Virus record (IMG/VR): IMGVR_UViG_2524614649_000001
Strand: one strand, 5' to 3'
Source of the DNA: a virus
Taxonomy: Duplodnaviria > Caudoviricetes
DNA length: 64,000 nucleotides
Shown: piece after piece, positions 57,268-64,000 of the stretch
How positions within the stretch are numbered: the first letter of the stretch is position 1
Layout: each line of letters starts with the position of its first letter
The notes under the pieces: generated by a model
The model's database searches: none
The model's input: the letters and a program-made list of their open reading frames with translations, nothing else
What the model was told of the DNA's origin: nothing
Program-made: the position numbers and the translations under genes

Positions 57268-57410
57268 GCGGGCGTAGATGTTCGCAGCACAGGCTGCGAA
57301 AGGAGGTGATCTCGCCATCTACCCGCCGCTGGTTCCCCAGCCAGCCTCGGGTCAGACCTTTGGGAGCTGCCAGGCGTCCACCACGATTTCTAAGCGTGGT
57401 GGACGCCTAA
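57268..57410. ncRNA. Candidate structured RNA or regulatory element
   Basis: 8-bp, 5-bp and 14-bp perfect stems; enclosing GCGGG.GTAGATG/CATCTAC.CCGC pairing; GAAAGGAGGTGATC. Confidence 0.45.
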
Positions 57411-57459
57411 TCCACAACCCCACCGTGAACTAGGCACCTCACTCCTGTTGAGAAGCGCC

Positions 57460-60400
57460 ATGAGCACCAATGGCGCCGTCGAGGCTGATGTCTTTCTGGG
57501 TGTGGACGGGCGGCAAATTGATGCCGCCTTCGCCAACATCAATAAGCACCTGTCGCAGATGCAGGGCCAGATCAATGGCATGGGTGACAAGCTCAAGTCG
57601 ACGCTGAACGGCCTCGACGCCCAGATGCTCAAATCCCTGAGCAACCTGAACAAGGCGATCTCGACGCTCGACGCCGCACAGAAGAACGTGCAGCGGTTCA
57701 ACCCGGCGGTCCAATCCGGCCAGAGCTGGGCCAAATACCAGGCGGACCAGAAGCAGGCTCGGGCGGACGAACGCAAGCACATGCGCGAAGTCGACGCTGC
57801 TTACCAGCAGCGCGAGCGGCAGGTGGCCAACGCCGCCGACCGCCGCGCCCGCCAAGAGGCCCAGATGTGGGCGCAGCGGGACCGCGCGGCCCAGACCGCC
57901 GAAGCCAAAGAGGAGCAGCTGGCTGAACGCCGCTGGGCTGTCGCCCGCGCGCGTGAGACCCGGCTCGAGCGTGAGCGCGAGCAGTCGATGCAGCGCACTT
58001 CGCGCCTCGCCGAGCAGAACAATTTCAAGATCGCCCGCGACAAGGTCCAGCAGGAAGTCAAGGCCGCCAGCGGTCTTCGCGAACTGGACAACCAGCGTCT
58101 CGTAGCCGCCGACCGGCTGAACCGCGCCCGCGCCATGCTCGGGAAGTTCGGCGCCGAGGAAGACCGCCAGCTCCTCCAGATGATCCAGCTGGAGAAGGAA
58201 CGGCTGGCGCTGGCTGAAGCTCGGATCAAGGCCGACCGGGCGGCGGCGTCGAGCCGCTTCAAAAGCGACGCGGCCGTTGACGGCCGGCTCAACGTCCGCA
58301 CCGGCAAGACTGACGAAGCGCAGCTCGCCTCGGCGCTGGGGCTCGGCCAGGCCCGTGCCCGGCAGGCCCAGCTTGAGACGCAGATCGCAAACCAAATCCA
58401 GCGTGCCCGCACCCTAACCGGGGAAGAGAAAGTCGACGCGGAGCGTGTGCTCAAGGTCGACGAAGCCCGGCTTCAGGTCATCAAGTCGCGCGTGCGCGAG
58501 CTTGAGCGTGAAGCGAAGGCGATGGTCCAGTCGGCGCAACCCAAGCCCGGCATGTATGGCCCGCCGACCCCTCCGGGTTTCAAGCCTCCGGGTGCCCCGC
58601 CGGCCCCGCCGAGCGGCGGGGGGCTGGGCGGTCTCTTCGGCAGCGGCGGCATCGGCGGCATCTTCCTCCGCACCGCGGCCTATGGCGGCGCGGCGGCGGC
58701 CATCTACGGCACCATCGCCGCGATCAAGGACGGCATCACCGCCTCGATCCAGTTCCGTGACGAGATCGCCAAGATTGGTGCAGTTGCGGGGCTGACTGCG
58801 TCGCAGCAGGACAAGCTCGCCAGCTCGATCCAGAGCGTCGCCAGCAACTCGCGCTTCGCCACCGACGAAATCGCCCAGGCCACGATGGTCATGGCGCAGG
58901 CAGGTTTCTCTGCCAGCGACATTACCGACAGTCTGCAAAACGTGGCGAACCTCGCGGCCGCGTCGGGCACCAGCTTCCAAGAAGCAACCGACGTCGTCAC
59001 CGGCGCGATCGGCGCGTTCCAGCTCCAGACCTCGGAAACCGCGCACATCGCCGACACCCTGACGAGCGCGCTGAACACCACCAAGCTGAACATCCAGCAG
59101 GTTGCGCTGGGCATCCAGTATGCGGGTGCGACGGCCTATGAGAGCAAGGTCAGCTTCGAAGAACTGACGGCCGTCATGGCCACGATGGCGCAGGCCGGCA
59201 TCCGGTCGGGTTCGACGATCGGCACCGGCGTCCGCCAGTTCCTGGTCGATCTGCAGACGCCTACCAAGAAGATGACCGCCGAGATGACCCGTCTGGGTCT
59301 CACGATGGAGGACCTGAACGTCAAGACCTTGGGTCTGCCCGAGGTGCTGCGTCGTCTCGGTGAGGCGGGCTTCGGTTCGGCAAGCGCCTACGGCTCGCTC
59401 GAAACCCGAGCGGCCGCGGCCTACCTGGTCCTGAAGAACAATCAGGGTCTCCTACAGGAACAGATCACGCTGCAGAACAGCCTCGGCGCCTCGGCCGAAG
59501 CCGCGGCGAAGGGCTCGGAGTCGCTCGCCGCCGAGTGGCAGCGTTTCAAGAACCAGCTGAACGAGTCCGTCGACCGTCAGATCAAGCCCGCGACCGACGC
59601 GCTGCGGGACATGCTTCACATGTTCAATGAGATGGGTGCGAACGAAGACCTGCGCCGGATGCGCGAAAATCTTCGCAACCTTGAGGAGGGCAGCGACGCC
59701 TGGATCGCGCAGATCGACGCCATCGAGGCCTACAAGGAAGCCCTCCGGGGTTCGGTTGAAATCGAGGAGGCGCACGCCGAGGCACTCGACGCAGCCAACA
59801 CCCGCGTCAACGAAGCGAAGGATGCGCTCGACGCGCAAGAAACCACGATCCAGTCGTCGAGCGACGCGATCTCGCGTCTCGTCCAACGCCAGGTCAGCCT
59901 CAAGGGGAACAGCGCCGCGCTTGCCGCCGAGACGGCGACGCTGGAGTCCCGCTTCGAAGGTCTGGCCTCCCAGCTGTATGGCACCGCCGCGAGCTACGAG
60001 AACCTGATCCTCGCCATGCAACGCTACCGGAAGGAAGCGATCGCAACCGGCGCGCTCAAGTCGGCCGAGCTGTCGATGGCCTACGACCAGAAAGCGCGGG
60101 CACAGGGCGACAAGGCCGGGGCTTACGCCAACCGCCTTATTGCCAACGGCACCTACCAGTCGCTTCCCAAGGATGTTCAGAACGCCATCGTCAGGTTGGC
60201 GAACAACCCGCGCGGTCCCGAGGCGAACACGTTGGGCATGCTGATCAGTGACTACGCCAACAAGCGGGGCACTGGTCTGAATAAAATCCAGCAGGGGGAC
60301 CTGCGTGCCTACGCCCTGAACGCCACCGGGGCGGGGCTCTCGGCGGTCTACCGCGATCAAGCCCGCAACCAGAGCTACATCTACAACCACCTCGGGTCGA

Positions 60401-62130
60401 AGAAGGGCCAGGAGCTGCTGGCCGGCGTCGACAACATGGCCAAGATGAGCGAGGCCGATAAGAAGAAGTTCTTCGACGGCCTGCTCGCCGGTGCCGGGAA
60501 CATGAACAAGTCCGAGAGTGTCCGTGGGGCCTATCAGCTGCTGGCCAACATGGCGCAGGGTCAGCTCGGCGCCGATCAGGCGGCACCCAGCGGCGGCAGC
60601 AAGAAGAGCGGCAGCGCCGCCAGCCGCGCGGAGCGCGAGCAGGACCGGCGCAACCAGAAGATTGCCGACATGCGCCTCAAGGCGACTGAGGCGGAATTGA
60701 AGAACGCGCTGAAGGGCATCACCGACAAGGGTGGGGACGTCAGCGGCGACGGCGGGGAAATCACCGTCAGCGCCGGTCGCGGTCTCACGAAGACGCAGCT
60801 GCTCAAGAATATGGATCGGGTCGACAAGGCCCTCGACAAATGGATCGAGGACCGGACCAAGCAGGTCAAGGCCCAGATCGACAGCGCCAACATGAGCCCC
60901 GAAGAAGGCCAGCTCATGATGGACGAGCTCGCTCGCGAGATCGCCGAGAAGCGTGAAAGCACGGCGCGCGAGATGGAAAAGGGTCTCGTCGACGCGATGG
61001 ACGCGATGGTCGAGACCATCATGAACGTCAAGGAGCGCGCCGAGCAGGCGGCCGACCAGGTCGTCGCGCTAGCGGACGCCCGTCTGCGCGCTTTGGATCG
61101 TTCGGCTCTGAAGGGCCAGGTGCCGGATTACGTCCGGGCCGGCTACGAACGGATGGCCGACCGGGCCAAGGAGAACCGTGACGCCCAGCAGATCGGCATC
61201 AACAACAAGACGATCGAGTCGCTGCAGGCGAAGCAAACCTTCTGGCAGGACATCTTCGACGAGGCGAAGGCGCGCGGCGCCATCGTCAATCTGCAGGCTG
61301 CGGACGACAAGCTGGCCCAGATCAAGGACCAGATGACGCAGCTGCAGATGCAGAACGAAGTCCTGCAGACCAGCCTCCAGACGAGCGGGCTCGTGCCGCA
61401 GTCGATCGGCGAAAGCTGGAAGGCTGTCGTTGACAACTGGCGTGACGCCAACAAGGGCGCGGGGGACCTCTCCAACGTCATCCGCATGAACCTCGGCGAC
61501 GCGCTCAACACTGTGCAGGGGTCGATGGAGGAGTTCCTCGGCAACGTCATCTCCGGCACGATGTCGATGCGCGAAGCCTTCCGCTCGATGGTCCAGTCGA
61601 TCATCCAGTATCTCATCAAGCTCATCGTCAAGATGCTTGTGGTGAAGGCGCTGCAGGCGGCGCTCGGCGGCGGCGGGGGCGGCACCGGCGAGGGCAACGG
61701 CATCGGATCGTTCGGCTCGTCGTCGCCCAGCTTCTCCGGCTATGTCGGGATCGGCAGCTCGCTCGGCCATTTCAATGGCGGCGAGATCGGGCGCTCGAAC
61801 GGCGGCATGGTCGAGAATGGCGTGCCGAGCCGTGACAGCGTCCGCACCAAGCTGGCCAAGGGCGAGTTCGTCCAGCGCAAGTGGGCGGTCGACAACGTCG
61901 GCCGGGACTTCATGGCGGACCTCAACAATCGCGGGAAAGCGGCCCTCACCGGCGTGACCCCCAAGATCGTGATGCCGCCGCCCGCCCACCAGGAGATGAA
62001 GGTCTACGTCGTCTCCGAGGAGAGCAAGCCGCAGATGGGGCCGAACGACGTTCTGGTAACCGTCGCCAACGACATCATCAAGGGCGGCAATCTGAAGCAG
62101 CTCGTCAAGCACGTTTCGCAGGGAGGTTAA
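57460..62130 (+). CDS. Tape measure protein
   Basis: About 1556 aa Ala/Gln-rich helical protein with a TP901-type TMP core (QIAQA...AQAGFS...GIRSGSTIGTG). Confidence 0.93.
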   Translation: MSTNGAVEADVFLGVDGRQIDAAFANINKHLSQMQGQINGMGDKLKSTLNGLDAQMLKSLSNLNKAISTLDAAQKNVQRFNPAVQSGQSWAKYQADQKQARADERKHMREVDAAYQQRERQVANAADRRARQEAQMWAQRDRAAQTAEAKEEQLAERRWAVARARETRLEREREQSMQRTSRLAEQNNFKIARDKVQQEVKAASGLRELDNQRLVAADRLNRARAMLGKFGAEEDRQLLQMIQLEKERLALAEARIKADRAAASSRFKSDAAVDGRLNVRTGKTDEAQLASALGLGQARARQAQLETQIANQIQRARTLTGEEKVDAERVLKVDEARLQVIKSRVRELEREAKAMVQSAQPKPGMYGPPTPPGFKPPGAPPAPPSGGGLGGLFGSGGIGGIFLRTAAYGGAAAAIYGTIAAIKDGITASIQFRDEIAKIGAVAGLTASQQDKLASSIQSVASNSRFATDEIAQATMVMAQAGFSASDITDSLQNVANLAAASGTSFQEATDVVTGAIGAFQLQTSETAHIADTLTSALNTTKLNIQQVALGIQYAGATAYESKVSFEELTAVMATMAQAGIRSGSTIGTGVRQFLVDLQTPTKKMTAEMTRLGLTMEDLNVKTLGLPEVLRRLGEAGFGSASAYGSLETRAAAAYLVLKNNQGLLQEQITLQNSLGASAEAAAKGSESLAAEWQRFKNQLNESVDRQIKPATDALRDMLHMFNEMGANEDLRRMRENLRNLEEGSDAWIAQIDAIEAYKEALRGSVEIEEAHAEALDAANTRVNEAKDALDAQETTIQSSSDAISRLVQRQVSLKGNSAALAAETATLESRFEGLASQLYGTAASYENLILAMQRYRKEAIATGALKSAELSMAYDQKARAQGDKAGAYANRLIANGTYQSLPKDVQNAIVRLANNPRGPEANTLGMLISDYANKRGTGLNKIQQGDLRAYALNATGAGLSAVYRDQARNQSYIYNHLGSKKGQELLAGVDNMAKMSEADKKKFFDGLLAGAGNMNKSESVRGAYQLLANMAQGQLGADQAAPSGGSKKSGSAASRAEREQDRRNQKIADMRLKATEAELKNALKGITDKGGDVSGDGGEITVSAGRGLTKTQLLKNMDRVDKALDKWIEDRTKQVKAQIDSANMSPEEGQLMMDELAREIAEKRESTAREMEKGLVDAMDAMVETIMNVKERAEQAADQVVALADARLRALDRSALKGQVPDYVRAGYERMADRAKENRDAQQIGINNKTIESLQAKQTFWQDIFDEAKARGAIVNLQAADDKLAQIKDQMTQLQMQNEVLQTSLQTSGLVPQSIGESWKAVVDNWRDANKGAGDLSNVIRMNLGDALNTVQGSMEEFLGNVISGTMSMREAFRSMVQSIIQYLIKLIVKMLVVKALQAALGGGGGGTGEGNGIGSFGSSSPSFSGYVGIGSSLGHFNGGEIGRSNGGMVENGVPSRDSVRTKLAKGEFVQRKWAVDNVGRDFMADLNNRGKAALTGVTPKIVMPPPAHQEMKVYVVSEESKPQMGPNDVLVTVANDIIKGGNLKQLVKHVSQGG

Positions 62131-62131
62131 T

Positions 62132-62533
62132 TTGGCAGGCCTATTCGACTTCTGCCCGGGACGGATCGTGCCCACGATCAAACCGCCGCCGGCGCAGGGC
62201 AAGGCCGTATCCTTCAACGGCTGGCAGTTCTCGTCGCGCCCGACGGTGCCCTACCAGAAGGTGTTCGTCCTGAAGCTCCAGGGCATGCGCTGGTATCTGC
62301 AGGACAACGGGATGTTCAACATGTCGGTTGACCCGCATTTCAATGCACGGCGGCTCGAGCTCTTCTACGAAGAAAACGGCACCTGGGACAATTTCGACTT
62401 CCCGCACCCGCACCTCGGCATGCTTCGCTGCCGCTTCAAGGAGCCGGTCGAAATCCCCGCCGCCGTGCCGAACTCGAACGGCTTCATCGATGCCTTCGAG
62501 ATCACGCTTGTCCACCACAACCCGGGGTTCTGA
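62132..62533 (+). CDS. Distal tail protein (lambda gpM-like)
   Basis: FY...FDFPHPHLG.L.CRF pattern immediately after the TMP. Confidence 0.7.
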   Translation: MAGLFDFCPGRIVPTIKPPPAQGKAVSFNGWQFSSRPTVPYQKVFVLKLQGMRWYLQDNGMFNMSVDPHFNARRLELFYEENGTWDNFDFPHPHLGMLRCRFKEPVEIPAAVPNSNGFIDAFEITLVHHNPGF

Positions 62534-62535
62534 TC

Positions 62536-63087
62536 ATGGCTAGTCTCGCGCGCGTCGGCCGCCGTAACGAAATCCCGCTCTCGATCGTCGAGGGCGGGAG
62601 CGGAATGATCCACGGTGTCGTCTCGGAAGCCGACCAGAAACAGATCCCGGTCTACGCCTTCGTGAACCCGCGCCACGTCCTGCGGACGAAGCCGTCGTGC
62701 CCGCTGAAGACCGGGATGGTCATCAAGACGCCGCACGGCGATCACTTCATCGTCGGCACCAACGGCCCGTCCGAGCAGCGTGAGGGAACGCTGTGGCAGA
62801 GCTGGCGCCTGTTCGAGGCGACGCAGCTGGTCCACTGGCAGCGCCGCACCCAAGTCGAGGACAAGGTCACCGGCCTAAAGCGCGACGGCGTGCTGCAGGA
62901 TATGGGCATGATCTGGGCGGCGGTCGAGCCGCTCGACCGCGAGGTCGGCGACTTCCGCATGAGCGCGAGCTTCGAACAGTCGCGCGTCATCACCGGCCGT
63001 CCGATCAAGCACGATGACCTGATCGACAACCGCAAGGTGTCGCGCGCCGAACCCTCGCTCGGTGTCATCATCGGGGTCGTGACCTAA
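62536..63087 (+). CDS. Putative head-closure/stopper-type protein
   Basis: Beta-barrel pattern; function inferred. Confidence 0.45.
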   Translation: MASLARVGRRNEIPLSIVEGGSGMIHGVVSEADQKQIPVYAFVNPRHVLRTKPSCPLKTGMVIKTPHGDHFIVGTNGPSEQREGTLWQSWRLFEATQLVHWQRRTQVEDKVTGLKRDGVLQDMGMIWAAVEPLDREVGDFRMSASFEQSRVITGRPIKHDDLIDNRKVSRAEPSLGVIIGVVT

Positions 63088-63186
63088 CGGTTGATGGCGG
63101 TTGCCGCGCTTCTTCGTGAAACGGGCAACCGTCGCTCGCAAAGGATGGCTTCGAACAGTTTCGCCTACCCTTGAGGAGCACCCGCC

Positions 63187-64000
63187 ATGTCGGCACCGAA
63201 GAAGAACGCTTTCATGCTCTCCAGCGCCACTCTGATGATGTGCCGCTATGGGGACACCCCCGTTTTCGATCTCACCCCGGCGCTGCATGGCGTGGGCCTG
63301 TCGGAAGAGATCGCCGTCAACCTGGACAGCTCGAACGTCGACCTGACCGCCGGCATCGCGCAGGCGATCGTCGACAGCCAGCGCGTGAACGTGCAGGCGG
63401 GCATCACCGGCACGGTGAAGGAATACAGCCCCGAGAACCTGCTGCGCGCACAGGGTCTCGCGACCGGCGCCGTCACGACCCTTCGTGGTAAGCTGACCGC
63501 CCCGGCCGCCGCCGCTGCTGTCTCGCTGTCGGTAGCGACCGACCCGATCCCGGGTGACCCGTCGAGCGACATGGGCACCGCCGCAGCTGCCGTGAAGGCC
63601 GGCTCGGTCGTGCTGATCCAGGACCCGGCGACGCCGGAACTGGTCTTCCCGGCCCGCGTCAAGGCGGACTCGACCTATGCGGCCGGTGTCCACACTATCT
63701 CGATCGCCGACACGCCGCTCCCGGCGGGCATGTCGTTCCCGGTCGATGCGAAGATTTGGGTCGTGACCGAGATGGCGGTCGGCGCGATGGGCAACACCGA
63801 TCTCTTCTCGGTGAAGATCGTCGGCACCCTGTCGAACTTCAATCGCCCGATCGTCGCGGTCTTCCCGAAGGTCCAGGTGACCAAGGGCTTCAACCTGACC
63901 TTCTCCGAGAAGGAATACGGCACGATGCCGTGGGAAATGCGCCCGCTGCTCCTGTCGGCCTCGGAAGCCACCGGCCGCCTGGCCGAGATCGGCACCAAGG
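63187..64000 (+). CDS. Major tail tube protein, partial (runs off the window; absent from the ORF track)
   Basis: Read by hand: MSAPKKNAFMLSSATLMM...VNVQAGITGTVKEYSPENL...PKVQVTKGFNLTFSEKEYGTMPWE; GAGGAG RBS. Confidence 0.75.
   Translation, partial: MSAPKKNAFMLSSATLMMCRYGDTPVFDLTPALHGVGLSEEIAVNLDSSNVDLTAGIAQAIVDSQRVNVQAGITGTVKEYSPENLLRAQGLATGAVTTLRGKLTAPAAAAAVSLSVATDPIPGDPSSDMGTAAAAVKAGSVVLIQDPATPELVFPARVKADSTYAAGVHTISIADTPLPAGMSFPVDAKIWVVTEMAVGAMGNTDLFSVKIVGTLSNFNRPIVAVFPKVQVTKGFNLTFSEKEYGTMPWEMRPLLLSASEATGRLAEIGTK

Larger units (their letters stand above)
1..64000. mobile_element. Temperate siphovirus-type phage or prophage, incomplete at the right end
   Basis: Integrase, replication, early and virion modules with no recognisable host housekeeping genes; long tape measure and no sheath gene seen. 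Confidence 0.93.

Noticed and set aside
57345-57375. Resemblance to SRP RNA domain IV (GGTCAG...AGCTGCC)
   Set aside because: Lacks the GNRA tetraloop and the conserved AGCAG; too short to support
1-64000. CRISPR array, tRNA or rRNA genes
   Set aside because: No repeat-spacer array or cloverleaf/T-loop pattern found by eye; the 14-nt 16S match is isolated. tRNAscan was not run
1-64000. Stop-codon reassignment
   Set aside because: Conserved genes are full length and end in TAA, TGA or TAG (helicase, portal) under code 11

Overview
High-GC tailed-phage DNA, about 64 kb of a larger siphovirus-type genome or prophage. No host chromosomal genes were recognised, and no lysis genes lie in the window. 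The window starts at the stop codon of a tyrosine integrase. Bases 1-43.6 kb are almost all on the minus strand: (i) integrase, GapR-like protein, nucleases, family A DNA polymerase, 5'-3' exonuclease, DnaA-domain-IV protein, putative SSB, SF2 helicase, MazG, HD hydrolase, and class I RNR with an HNH-AP2 gene between nrdA and nrdB; (ii) a lower-GC regulator cluster at 17-18.7 kb; (iii) about 50 tightly coupled small early genes at 19.5-40.2 kb, including DNA ligase and rIIA/rIIB; (iv) a primase-helicase and a putative small terminase. From 43.7 kb the plus strand carries terminase, portal, a fibre cassette, protease/scaffold, decoration protein, capsid, neck, tail chaperones (probable -1 frameshift), tape measure, distal tail protein and a partial tail tube. 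An alphaproteobacterial, possibly sphingomonad, host is inferred from the GapR homologue, a GTA-type tail-tube relic and apparent GANTC scarcity (judged by eye, not counted). Top observations: (1) an early gene resembling a GTA/TP901-1 tail tube with its polymerisation loop deleted; (2) ten intergenic AGTGAC-N3-GTCACT boxes, two followed at identical spacing by GCTTACT and an RBS-occluding hairpin; (3) TAATCCACA DnaA-like boxes together with a phage DnaA-domain-IV protein; (4) four TTGGGAAATTTCCCAA palindromes at the head of the early region; (5) a structured intergenic element with 14 nt complementary to the 16S rRNA 3' end. All family assignments come from motif recognition and recall; no database searches were run.
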